Below are positions 50,051 through 59,026 of a stretch of DNA of 64,000 nt, in pieces. Below the pieces are notes generated by a model. That model saw only the letters and a program-made list of their open reading frames with translations. It was not told the origin of the DNA and did not search any database. The stretch comes from a virus. Made by a program: the position numbers and the translations under genes. How positions within the stretch are numbered: the first letter of the stretch is position 1; every line of letters begins with the position of its first letter. The DNA is taken from the IMG/VR virus record IMGVR_UViG_3300045988_058019, positions 32,001 through 96,000 of that record, one strand, 5' to 3'.

Positions 50051-50188
50051 TTAGAACCAAGATTTAATTCTTTGCCATAATGACTTCTTTACAGGTTTGT
50101 TCAAATATTCAGAAGCTTCTTCAATCTGTCTAAATACTTCGTCTGTATCCTTAGTCAAGTCTATAGTAATCGTAAATTTCTTATTCAT
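50051..50188 (-). CDS. Small hypothetical ORF, 45 aa
   Basis: ATG 50186-50188, TAA 50051-50053. Below the track cutoff and found by eye. Confidence 0.3.
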   Translation of the reverse strand: MNKKFTITIDLTKDTDEVFRQIEEASEYLNKPVKKSLWQRIKSWF

Positions 50189-50245
50189 AATATTTTCATT
50201 TATACACTATAACGTGTTGTTAGTATTTGGTTATATTTTAATGTA

Positions 50246-50776
50246 TTATCTTGCCAACTCGTATGGATTTACTTTAGCGTCACCTTTAACTTTGCCTATA
50301 GCTACTTCTTCCGCTTTAACCATAGTCTCTAGTGAATCTATACTTTTGAGTACTCCACCTACAGAAGTCATACCGGCTAATAAATCCTTAATCTTCTTTT
50401 CGTCTAAAGTATCGTCTAATGATTCTTTATAGTATTTACTCACACTATCTAGTTTTAGACGCATATTATTTAGCATTTGTAGAGCTCTAGTGTTAAGTAG
50501 GTTCTTATATTCCTCTTCACAAATTAGTTCTTCAGAAGTTAATTTATAATTTTCATCATTAAATATTTCCTTCTTTAATTTAAGCTCTCTACTATCTTCA
50601 TCCATACTTTGTACATAAGGACTATCCCATTTATTCATAAGTACAATGTAACTTATTACTTTAGAAGAATGCTCCTTATCTGGCTTATCAGTATCCCACA
50701 CCTTTTTAAAGCATGGGATACCTATAGCATCAGGATGTATTACTACCTTACCACCAACAATATCAAATAATTTCAT
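50246..50776 (-). CDS. Hypothetical protein, 176 aa
   Basis: Intact track ORF, TAA stop. Confidence 0.65.
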   Translation of the reverse strand: MKLFDIVGGKVVIHPDAIGIPCFKKVWDTDKPDKEHSSKVISYIVLMNKWDSPYVQSMDEDSRELKLKKEIFNDENYKLTSEELICEEEYKNLLNTRALQMLNNMRLKLDSVSKYYKESLDDTLDEKKIKDLLAGMTSVGGVLKSIDSLETMVKAEEVAIGKVKGDAKVNPYELAR

Positions 50777-51077
50777 TTGTAAGAACTTGTTTATTATCTT
50801 CTTTATTCCATCTTATAAGATCGTCTTTAGCAAAAGCGTCAGAACAGACTATTGGTTTTAATGTCCACTTACTACTTATAGTATCATATTTACTTAATAT
50901 GAGTACAATATCTCCTAGTTTATAGTCTATTACTTCCTCTTCTGTTATTATTTGACCATCCTACTATGCTATATATATAGTTCTACATTCAAAGTTGTCA
51001 GATATATTTTTAATGCTATTAGTATCTACTTTATATAAAATAGCATTACCGTATTGATCTATCAATAATTTATCCAT
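50763..51077 (-). CDS. Hypothetical protein, about 104 codons, 2 adjacent in-frame TAG
   Basis: ATG 51075-51077, TGA 50763-50765, frame consistent. Missed by the track because of TAG TAG. Confidence 0.45.
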
Positions 51078-51078
51078 A

Positions 51079-51453
51079 TTAGCAATCACACTGTACAGGT
51101 TCACAAGCACAATCACATTCAATATCACAAGAAGTAGATTTCTTTTTTTCTTCTTGTCCCTTTTCTAGCAATCTGTTATAGTGATTCTTTACTTCATCAT
51201 TTTCAATAAAGATGTACTCTGCATCACTTTCTTTATCTATAGGATACAATTTTATTACCATAGTGCCTTTAGTAACACTCCTTCTCTCTTTAGAACCATC
51301 TTTCTTTGTATAGATCCACTCTCCATCTTCAGGAATATACCACGTATAGTCTACATAAAAATGATCTAGTAAGCTAACATTTTCTACTTCTTTATCGTAA
51401 CTAATAACGGTACCTCTATCTACTGAACAAATATACTTAATCATAATAATCAA
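51079..51453 (-). CDS. Hypothetical protein, 124 aa, Cys-rich C-terminus
   Basis: Intact track ORF. Confidence 0.6.
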   Translation of the reverse strand: MIIMIKYICSVDRGTVISYDKEVENVSLLDHFYVDYTWYIPEDGEWIYTKKDGSKERRSVTKGTMVIKLYPIDKESDAEYIFIENDEVKNHYNRLLEKGQEEKKKSTSCDIECDCACEPVQCDC

Positions 51454-51504
51454 TCAATTAAATAACCTAAATAATATTCTTTCTATAATCTCGCTATAAT
51501 TTCC

Positions 51505-51885
51505 TTAGCACGCCCCATCGGTACATTCGGATTCACATAATCTGATTTTATTTGATAATTCTGTATTATCTGCTAAAACTTCTCTATCTCCTCCTGTATG
51601 CTCTACTTTTTTATATTCTTCATACTTCTTAAATAGCATGTCACACATTGCATTTACCTGATCGGCTCTACTAGGTTCTGCATTACTCTTCCCATTATCT
51701 ACTATAGTAGTAGTAATACTGTCAATTACATCATTTGTGAAATCTTCATAAGTAATTACGCCTTCATTAATTAATTCATCTACTTTGTTATATAGGCGCT
51801 TCATTTCCTTACTAAATGAACCATAGAGTGGTTTATTGTTTTCCACTTCTAATTTCCACATCATTTTACTTTCTTCAATTGTCAT
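51505..51885 (-). CDS. Hypothetical protein, 126 aa
   Basis: Intact track ORF. Confidence 0.6.
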   Translation of the reverse strand: MTIEESKMMWKLEVENNKPLYGSFSKEMKRLYNKVDELINEGVITYEDFTNDVIDSITTTIVDNGKSNAEPSRADQVNAMCDMLFKKYEEYKKVEHTGGDREVLADNTELSNKIRLCESECTDGAC

Positions 51886-52312
51886 ATTCTTTGTTTTTTA
51901 ACTCATTACAGATAGTATTACTTATATTTCCTGCAGCCCATCCTACTAAGTAGGCATACGCTTCATTGCCATCTTTAAAGTCTTGTGTATATAAGCCTAA
52001 TTGTTCACAAAAGTAATCCGCAACGTGTACTGCCTCATGAGGAATCATGTCTGGAGTAATATCTTCTGCATTAGCAACAGCTATCACTATTACTCCGTAT
52101 TTATTATCACTCTTACGTATTACTTTACAAGTAACCATTCCACCATCATGTTTATCTATTTCTTGTAGTAATCTATTATATTCGCTTCCATCGTTGTTAC
52201 CATATACATCAAGAAATATAAAATATTTATCTAAATCCTCAATATTAGTACTTACAAATAATAGTCTAGGGTATATCTTAGGACTATAAACATCATACGG
52301 TTTCTTTTTCAT
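51875..52312 (-). CDS. Hypothetical protein, 145 aa, HEAVH motif
   Basis: Intact track ORF that overlaps its neighbours as in an operon. Confidence 0.6.
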   Translation of the reverse strand: MKKKPYDVYSPKIYPRLLFVSTNIEDLDKYFIFLDVYGNNDGSEYNRLLQEIDKHDGGMVTCKVIRKSDNKYGVIVIAVANAEDITPDMIPHEAVHVADYFCEQLGLYTQDFKDGNEAYAYLVGWAAGNISNTICNELKNKEYDN

Positions 52313-52487
52313 ATCTTTTCTTTAATTTGAATTTACCTAAGTAAGAGAATCTAACTGGTTTAGGATCTAAGTTAGAGATGATACTATTAGTAAATCTGAA
52401 CGGGCTGTTACATATTACTTCTATAATAGGATATGGTATGTTATACTTATTACTTAGCTCAGTATATATACTCACTTGATTCCTCAT
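52293..52487 (-). CDS. Hypothetical protein, 64 aa
   Basis: Intact track ORF. Confidence 0.5.
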   Translation of the reverse strand: MRNQVSIYTELSNKYNIPYPIIEVICNSPFRFTNSIISNLDPKPVRFSYLGKFKLKKRYEKETV

Positions 52488-52836
52488 TTAAATCTATCTT
52501 TTTGTAATATTTACATTCTTCTAAAGTAGAAGAATCATTAAATGTATTAGGCCTTACTATATTGATTATAGCTTTGATATCTTCCCAATTTCTATCATTT
52601 ATATCATAAACAGATTGTAGTTTGTGTATCTCCTGTTTACTGTACTTGCGTATAGGAGTATATGCAATAAAATTATACTCATCTATCGTAAGTAGCTCTA
52701 TATTAGTAGGAATGATCTCAAACTTATTATAAGGCAAATCCTTTTTCTTTAATTTATTCCATAATCTGGTAAATATGTTATATTCTTTCCAACATAATAT
52801 AGTGCCAGGTCTTACTATTGTTGTTTTAATCTTCAT
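52459..52836 (-). CDS. Hypothetical protein, 125 aa
   Basis: Intact track ORF. Confidence 0.6.
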   Translation of the reverse strand: MKIKTTIVRPGTILCWKEYNIFTRLWNKLKKKDLPYNKFEIIPTNIELLTIDEYNFIAYTPIRKYSKQEIHKLQSVYDINDRNWEDIKAIINIVRPNTFNDSSTLEECKYYKKIDLNEESSEYIY

Positions 52837-53203
52837 CTTTATTTACTCTTAATATTATAGTAATCTGTACTCTATCGCCGATTATTTCAGGTATAAGCGC
52901 CTTATTCACTACAACTTCATCTTCAATCTTACCTTTAACTAATATGCCTTGCTTCTTAAATCTAGCTATATATCTACTAAGATTATCAGGAGTAATACCT
53001 AATACTTTCCTAATATATTTTCTGTTTTCAGTAGATATTACATTTTTACTTATGTTAGGTAGCTTAGGAGTGTTAACATCTATTGCTATGAATGTAGCTA
53101 GTAGCTCTAGCTCCCTATCAGTAAGATCAAGTATACCATTAAGGCTCTTTAAGAATTCTGTGTTTAAATCGGCTTTGCTTACGCTTTTTACCAATTTATT
53201 CAT
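52826..53203 (-). CDS. Winged-helix DNA-binding regulator candidate, 125 aa
   Basis: The segment LGITPDNLSRYIARFKKQGILV looks like a wHTH recognition unit. Confidence 0.45.
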   Translation of the reverse strand: MNKLVKSVSKADLNTEFLKSLNGILDLTDRELELLATFIAIDVNTPKLPNISKNVISTENRKYIRKVLGITPDNLSRYIARFKKQGILVKGKIEDEVVVNKALIPEIIGDRVQITIILRVNKDED

Positions 53204-53573
53204 TTGTTAACGTATCCTTAATTTTATTTAAAACCTTATTTAAGTTATAATACACTGTCTCAGCTTCTAACTTAACACAAGGTTGTATTTCACCTTTATT
53301 TGCTCTTTCATTGGTCTCTTTTAGGTTACTTTCATATTTCTCAAGTAGGTCATCAATGAGCTCTAAAGTAGCATCTACATTATACTTACTTTCATCATCA
53401 ATACTTAAAAGATAACCTTCTTCACATAAGTAATCTGCAGTATCATAATCTAAAGACATCATTCTAGTGTAATTATCTTCAGCAATGTTAAATGATACTA
53501 AACCTGTTTCATCTTCTGCTAATACATCACCTTTCTTAGCAGAACCAAATTCCTTAATTACTTTGTAGCTCAT
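53196..53573 (-). CDS. Hypothetical protein, 125 aa
   Basis: Intact track ORF. Confidence 0.6.
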   Translation of the reverse strand: MSYKVIKEFGSAKKGDVLAEDETGLVSFNIAEDNYTRMMSLDYDTADYLCEEGYLLSIDDESKYNVDATLELIDDLLEKYESNLKETNERANKGEIQPCVKLEAETVYYNLNKVLNKIKDTLTNE

Positions 53574-53619
53574 AATATTTATTTTAAATGTTTATGTATC
53601 TATAAACGGCAGATTAAAT

Positions 53620-53653
53620 AAATGTTAAAATCTGTTAACATTTATTAACATTT
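53620..53653. promoter_or_regulatory. Operator-like palindrome AAATGTTAA-N6-TTAACATTT plus a third half-site
   Basis: Perfect 9-bp inverted repeat at 53620-53628 and 53635-53643, with another TTAACATTT at 53645-53653. Lies 47-80 nt upstream of the ATG at 53573. TTAACATTTATTAACATT recurs at 54940-54957. Confidence 0.45.
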
Positions 53654-53660
53654 ATTATCT

Positions 53661-53693
53661 ATATAATAAAAAACCCTGACTAACGCCAGGGTT
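53661..53693 (-). terminator. Rho-independent terminator after the GroES-like gene
   Basis: Stem AACCCTG/CAGGGTT, followed on the minus strand by TTTTTTATTATAT. Confidence 0.7.
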
Positions 53694-53716
53694 CATTCTA
53701 ACAATGAGTTATAATT

Positions 53717-54076
53717 TTAAATCATATTTGATACAGCAATTATATCATATGGTTTGACTAATTGACTATCCTTAAACAAATCAAAGTCCTTAGCAAACTT
53801 TTTATTATAAACAATAGTATCTCCTACTCTATATTCACATTCTGTTAAGCATGTGGGAATCTTCAATACTACACCTGTTGAATATTCAGATTCTACCTCC
53901 TTAGTTTCAGTTTGTGTATCATACTTATTGAAACCATCTTCATCAACTTCACCTGTAGGAATCTGCTCTGTTATCTCTTTAGTAACCATAACTGGTTCCA
54001 AAGGCTTAACTAACACATCCTTCAACATAGTATACTTAATTCCATTTACTACTGTTTCTAGTACTTTATCTTCCAT
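53717..54076 (-). CDS. GroES/Cpn10-like co-chaperonin candidate, 119 aa
   Basis: Pattern VLVKP...GVVLKIP...VGDTIVY...YDIIAV parallels GroES, with an insertion in the mobile-loop region. Confidence 0.4.
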   Translation of the reverse strand: MEDKVLETVVNGIKYTMLKDVLVKPLEPVMVTKEITEQIPTGEVDEDGFNKYDTQTETKEVESEYSTGVVLKIPTCLTECEYRVGDTIVYNKKFAKDFDLFKDSQLVKPYDIIAVSNMI

Positions 54077-54107
54077 AATATTCTATATTTAATACTCAAA
54101 TAACGTA

Positions 54108-54317
54108 TTATTTCTTATTTTGTTTCTCTAATATTAATATATTTCCGCCATTAGAACAACAATAACGTCTAGCCAAAGTAGGACAGTTTCTATTTAAGAA
54201 ATAACAGCCATCGCAACTACCTATTGGATTAGACTCTATTATAAACTATTTGTTGTCTATTGTTACTGGTATTCTATCTCTTACTATCTTTGCTAATTCC
54301 TAATCATTTAATGTCAT
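54108..54317 (-). CDS. Small Cys-rich protein, about 69 codons, 2 in-frame TAG
   Basis: ATG 54315-54317, TAA 54108-54110, frame consistent. The CDGC...CP...CC pattern resembles 54618..54806. Confidence 0.4.
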
Positions 54318-54618
54318 AGTCCTTTCCTTTTCCGTGTTTATCTAAGTAAAGCATAGCTATTGCATTCCAAGCTACAGCTGCTAAGTGGTTTACTTTAGTT
54401 TCATCATCAACCTTATTACCCTTCTCATATTCAAGTAAGTGTCTTAACATAGCGGCTTTATATCGTTGGTAGCCATTCTCTAAGTTTTGCCAATTATTAT
54501 CACCATATTTAATAGAACCAGCAGTATAGAGCTTCACTATATCTTCAATCTCTTCTAAAGGTAGTAAATCCCAACGTAGCTTACCGTCTTGGTAATCATT
54601 TTTCTTCCCCTCTTTCAT
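54304..54618 (-). CDS. Nucleotide pyrophosphohydrolase-like protein (DUF5664/MazG-like guess), 104 aa
   Basis: Pattern KLRWDLLP...KYGDNNW...RHLLEY...HLAAVAWNA. Tentative assignment from memory of the family pattern. Confidence 0.35.
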   Translation of the reverse strand: MKEGKKNDYQDGKLRWDLLPLEEIEDIVKLYTAGSIKYGDNNWQNLENGYQRYKAAMLRHLLEYEKGNKVDDETKVNHLAAVAWNAIAMLYLDKHGKGKDYDIK

Positions 54619-54806
54619 TATTTATCTCTTTTAAGTATAAATCCTTGAGTACATAATGAAGTAATCCTAGAAGGGCAATAATAATTATATAAATCACATC
54701 CTTGACACATACCCTTTACTTCATTCTCTACTAGAGTATAAGGCTTATTACCAAAATATACTTTCTTACCTAAGTAAGCTACTTCTCTAACTTGTTTGTG
54801 TTTCAT
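54618..54806 (-). CDS. Small Cys-rich protein, 62 aa
   Basis: Intact track ORF with CQGC...CP...C. Confidence 0.5.
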   Translation of the reverse strand: MKHKQVREVAYLGKKVYFGNKPYTLVENEVKGMCQGCDLYNYYCPSRITSLCTQGFILKRDK

Positions 54807-54965
54807 AGTAATTATATTTGTGATTATCTAAAGTAGGAGTAATTAATATTATATCACTTTACTTAACTAGACACTGTTATCACTTTACCCCTCTTACTCC
54901 CCATATAACGTCTAATATACTGTCTTAGTTACTATTTCTTTAACATTTATTAACATTATTTATAG

Positions 54966-55685
54966 TTATTTAACGCTATTAAGTTCATTATTTTTAATAT
55001 TCATTAACGATTTTAACTTATCCGCTAACTTTCTAGCATCTGGATGAGCTGTACCACTACCTCCATCATTTAATTTCCATTCCCATATAAACCCTTTATC
55101 TGTTTTTCTGTATCCATTGCAACATTCGCTTATATGCCGTGCCCCAGTTATACGCTGAGCTTCATTTAGACCGAAATATTCAGATATAAAATTACCATGT
55201 TTATCAAACTATAACACAGGTTTACTTCGCTTCATCTTAGAAGATTTTGTTCTATGTTTCCCTTTATTTTTGCTAACGCGCTTTTCTATTGTTTCTTTTG
55301 TTTGTTTTAAACCCACGTGTGATAATTTCATACGTTCAATTTGTTCAGGCGTAAAATTAATGCCAGAAACCCCCTCACCACCATCAGTGATGTTGTATGA
55401 TTTGTGTTCCTTTTTGTATAGTTTTATATATAGTTTTTCATATTCACAAGCCTATTTTTTAGTCAATCCTGCATGTAATATTTCATGTATTATATTATTC
55501 CACCCGTATTTTAGTATCGCTGGGGCAAACGCGGGATGTTTCCAATTACCATTTTTCAATTTTATAACATAATTGCATCCATCCTAACCCCAGCGTTTAA
55601 TCGGATTCTATCTAGTTATACCTATATAACATTTTCCACTCGGAGACGTATGTTTATACACGCAATACTAATTATTTTTCGTCAT
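54966..55685 (-). CDS. GIY-YIG homing endonuclease, about 239 codons, 5 in-frame TAG (absent from the ORF track)
   Basis: ATG 55683-55685 overlaps the thyX 3' end. N-terminus VYKHTSPSGKCYIGIT, then ...GGEG. C-terminus KGFIWEWK. TAA 54966-54968, frame consistent. Confidence 0.7.
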
Positions 55686-56472
55686 ATAATAACTCTTTTA
55701 GTTTTAACGATAACCGTTGAGCGTCTGGATGCGCGTTTTTGCTTGTCCGTAATGACAAGAAATGTTCCCAATCGCTCTTAAATCCTGTCATTACTAATGG
55801 TGAACATACAGCAAACGGAAGTACTTGTCTAGCTTGTTGTGGTTTCCAACCTTGTTCTATAAACTCTAAATATTGTTCTTCACAATTTTCTAAAAATATC
55901 TCAAAATCTTGTTTATGTGTTGTTCCAAGTTCATCCCACCAAGACGGTTTAATGAAGGTAATTTCATTATTAAATTTATCTTTACTATAGTTGCAGTAAC
56001 GGGTACTCTCTCTAGCGAAACTAAATACACGATGTCTTAGAAAGCTTTCTCCAGTTACTCTATCTAATGTCCATTTAACAGTAATACGTTTCTCGTGGGA
56101 AGGTGTAGGATCACATTGATATTTTAAATCATCAAGCCATTTATTTTCTACTAGTACTCGATAATTTGTAGTTATATAAGCCCTACCGTTAATACCATCT
56201 ACACTTATCTTTTTTACTCTAGAATAAGGATTTATTTCGTATTTTCTTACTTCTGGAGAAGTGGCTGTTATAGTTAAATATACAGTGCCGTGCTCTAACA
56301 TAGCCCCATGACCAAGCTTAATCATACGATCTACAAACTCTTTAGCGCTATTCTCTGTTATCTTATCAAGACTTTTATAACAATGGCGTCCAGCCCATTC
56401 TATTTGTTTATATACACCGTCTATTCCGGATTCTTGTTCTTTAACTATTACACTTGAATTAATTAATTTCAT
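55672..56472 (-). CDS. thyX: FAD-dependent thymidylate synthase ThyX, 266 aa
   Basis: ThyX signature RHRVFSFARESTRY (RHRxxS-x4-S-x-R). Intact ORF, TAA stop. Confidence 0.85.
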   Translation of the reverse strand: MKLINSSVIVKEQESGIDGVYKQIEWAGRHCYKSLDKITENSAKEFVDRMIKLGHGAMLEHGTVYLTITATSPEVRKYEINPYSRVKKISVDGINGRAYITTNYRVLVENKWLDDLKYQCDPTPSHEKRITVKWTLDRVTGESFLRHRVFSFARESTRYCNYSKDKFNNEITFIKPSWWDELGTTHKQDFEIFLENCEEQYLEFIEQGWKPQQARQVLPFAVCSPLVMTGFKSDWEHFLSLRTSKNAHPDAQRLSLKLKELLYDEK

Positions 56473-57094
56473 TGTTTAATATTTTAGATTTATACTTACC
56501 GAAGAATTCTAATTCACCATTTAATCTAGCCTTAATTGCATCTTCTAAAGAAGAAAAACTGCCTAAATATATTTTTTCTTTATTACATTGTATTTCAGCA
56601 TACCATTTATTTCGATCTTCTCGAAAACGTACTCCCAGTATTCCTGATGTATTGTTTTTAGGTAATTTTACTCTATTTTTTAAATTATCGGCATTATTGC
56701 ATATTCTCAAATTTCTTTTTCTATTGTCTAATTTATCTCCATTTATGTGATCTATAAGTAAATTGGTTTCGCCAAGAAGGATTCTGTGCAAATATTTCTG
56801 TTTAGAGTTTTTCACATATCCATTTTTATCTCTACACCATTTATCATTGATTACTTTTGAGATATCTTCTTTATCTATTAAAGTTTCTGCAATTATATCA
56901 CCGTCTTTATTGTAAAGATATATTATAGCATGATTTGAGAATTCTTCTATTTCGTTAGGATCGTATTTAGTCCTTAATTTTATTTTACCATATCTAATAT
57001 ATTGTAGGTAATGTTTTCCACATAGTATTCCAATGTTTGTATTAACCGTTTTATTACTATTTCCACAAATACAACATATTTTTGTTTGTTTCAT
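56459..57094 (-). CDS. HNH endonuclease with AP2-type DNA-binding domain, 211 aa
   Basis: LIDHINGDKLDNRKRNLRICNNADN (HNH) and GVRFREDRNKWYAEI...YLGSFSSLEDA (AP2). Overlaps the thyX start by 14 nt. Confidence 0.8.
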   Translation of the reverse strand: MKQTKICCICGNSNKTVNTNIGILCGKHYLQYIRYGKIKLRTKYDPNEIEEFSNHAIIYLYNKDGDIIAETLIDKEDISKVINDKWCRDKNGYVKNSKQKYLHRILLGETNLLIDHINGDKLDNRKRNLRICNNADNLKNRVKLPKNNTSGILGVRFREDRNKWYAEIQCNKEKIYLGSFSSLEDAIKARLNGELEFFGKYKSKILNNEIN

Positions 57095-57314
57095 AATTAG
57101 TTATAATTTTTATTAATTATTGTTAATAACGCAATTTCTATGGAAGAGTTTACAAAAGTGTAGATAATTTAACATAAATTAAAAAATATTTTATAAAAAA
57201 ATTTTTGAGATTAAAAAATATAGAATACTCCTACGTGTGCGTGAAGTACTACTCCAATTCATCCCCGGCTGTTATTAATCGCGGGAATACCCCCGCCAAT
57301 AAAATCAAAGCATT

Positions 57315-57413
57315 ATGAGTTTATCAGATTGTATTTTTATTCCCACAGATGAAGATGAGGAATATGTTGATGCATTAGCTGATGCATTGGAGTATTATGG
57401 AGGCTATGAGTAA
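57315..57413 (+). CDS. Tiny acidic ORF, 32 aa
   Basis: ATG to TAA. First plus-strand ORF after the divergent AT-rich region. Confidence 0.3.
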   Translation: MSLSDCIFIPTDEDEEYVDALADALEYYGGYE

Positions 57414-57476
57414 TCATAGCTCTCCTACTCAATTCATTCACAACTGTAATACCATGCACATTAAATATATCAAGAT

Positions 57477-57620
57477 ATGAAGTACAGAATTGATGCTTAC
57501 AAAAAAGGTGGTGCTGTTAAGCAAGGCACAAAGTTATTAGACAACATTGATGAGGCTATTAAGCTTGCATATGCTGTTGCTAATCATTACAAGTGTTATA
57601 CAAGAATAGCCAGGGTTTAA
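57477..57620 (+). CDS. Small ORF, 47 aa
   Basis: ATG to TAA, followed by a 9-bp hairpin ATAGCCAGG/CCTGGCTAT. Confidence 0.35.
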   Translation: MKYRIDAYKKGGAVKQGTKLLDNIDEAIKLAYAVANHYKCYTRIARV

Positions 57621-57701
57621 CCTGGCTATCTCTTAGTAAACAGTTACAATTCATACTCATCTTAATAGAATTGCATTATTAACCATTTAAATATTTAACT
57701 T

Positions 57702-57932
57702 ATGTTAACTAAAGTTAAAGAGGTGAGTAAAAGACTCATCACAGGTGGCTTACTTTGTATAGCCATCGGAGTTGTTCAGGGATTTGCTGTACAGATGTTA
57801 GGCTTATCCTCAGTATTCCCTAACCATATTCAGCTATTTGGTATGCTACTAATGGTAGGCATCACTAGCATATTAATAGGTGCTATTATGCTATTGTTTA
57901 TATGGCTAATAAACATGGTTAACAAACTCTAA
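57702..57932 (+). CDS. Small membrane protein, 76 aa (two hydrophobic helices)
   Basis: Intact track ORF with a TAA stop and a strong terminator just downstream. Confidence 0.6.
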   Translation: MLTKVKEVSKRLITGGLLCIAIGVVQGFAVQMLGLSSVFPNHIQLFGMLLMVGITSILIGAIMLLFIWLINMVNKL

Positions 57933-57951
57933 GCCACTCTAAATGGTTATA

Positions 57952-57983
57952 GCGGGGAGTCGTGCACTCCCTGCTTTTTCTTC
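57952..57983 (+). terminator. Rho-independent terminator
   Basis: 9-bp stem GCGGGGAGT/ACTCCCTGC, loop CGTGC, then TTTTTCTTC. Confidence 0.8.
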
Positions 57984-58014
57984 ACATCCAATTCACACAC
58001 AGCCAATTATACTG

Positions 58015-58090
58015 GGTGTACTATAGTACCGTAGTACGTGTTATTTAGTACTCAGTATCGGATATTCAGTATCTGGTATTGAGTACTTAC
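58015..58090. repeat. Cluster of GTAC-core short repeats (iteron/operator-like)
   Basis: GTAC at 58018, 58026, 58034, 58048 and 58083, plus direct repeat CAGTATC(G/T)G at 58053 and 58067. The element GAGTACTATAGTA recurs at 59322-59334. Confidence 0.4.
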
Positions 58091-58309
58091 ACCGGCTGCG
58101 CACGAACCCCATTCAGCTGCGTCTGCCAAGAATCGGAGGAAAACAGAAAAGTTCTTCCCGCAATATCATGTGAGCGTTATATAATGATTACGTTTAGATG
58201 TGGTAGTGTATAAAAACCACTCCAGTTTGAGCATACTGTAAAAAGCTCATCATTACTTCACCAAGTAATATATAGCCTTTATAGATTATTCACCAAAAAA
58301 CATATTATC

Positions 58310-59026
58310 ATGGCAAAGTTTCAGTTATTAAACCCAGTATTAAGAGTAGTAGGTCAAAAGTATGATGAAAAAGGCATACCTGTTGGAGAAATCAACAAAA
58401 ATGTTCAAAATGCAGGTAACAAATACTTGTATTCCCAATTAATCAATCTTGACTGTCCTTGGGAAGGAACACAAACCTACACAAGTTTTCAAAAGCCAGT
58501 AGTAGCCATATTTGAGCCACTACTAAGCATGCAACATGGAGGCATTGGTCAAACAGACCAAGCCATACCTGAGATGTTCCAAACTATTGAAGGTTGCTAC
58601 GTGTCTTGGAAATCACCACAACCATTTTACAAGAAGCACTTGTCTGCACATCCAGCAAATCCAGCTAAAGGCACACCAGCTATTATGGCGGGAGACATTG
58701 TAAAACAAGGAGGAGTTCCAGTAATATACACAGAATTAGTTGTATTCTGTCAGTATTACTATGACAGTCGTGGAGAAAAGCAATGGATGAGAGGAAGCAC
58801 TCCTGAAGAAGTCGGAAGAGCAGCATTCAGTAATTATTGTATTCCAGCTAACGACACTCGCGCATTAGCAGCAGAACAACCTCAACAACAGGAAACAGTT
58901 GGAGGGCAAACTATCAACACAGTTAATCCTAACCAACAACCTCAACAGCAAGCTCAGCCTCAACAAGCTCAACCGCAGTTTGTACAAGGCCCAGCTCAAC
59001 AGCAAGGTGCCGCATTTGGCGCGTAA
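58310..59026 (+). CDS. Hypothetical protein, 238 aa, Gln/Pro-rich C-terminal tail
   Basis: Intact track ORF. All Gln are CAA/CAG. TAA stop. Confidence 0.7.
   Translation: MAKFQLLNPVLRVVGQKYDEKGIPVGEINKNVQNAGNKYLYSQLINLDCPWEGTQTYTSFQKPVVAIFEPLLSMQHGGIGQTDQAIPEMFQTIEGCYVSWKSPQPFYKKHLSAHPANPAKGTPAIMAGDIVKQGGVPVIYTELVVFCQYYYDSRGEKQWMRGSTPEEVGRAAFSNYCIPANDTRALAAEQPQQQETVGGQTINTVNPNQQPQQQAQPQQAQPQFVQGPAQQQGAAFGA

Noticed and set aside
1-57094. Possible TGA or TAA reassignment (code 4 style).
   Set aside because: Merged genes terminate at TAA or TGA with tight start-stop coupling, and neither codon was found inside scanned coding frames.
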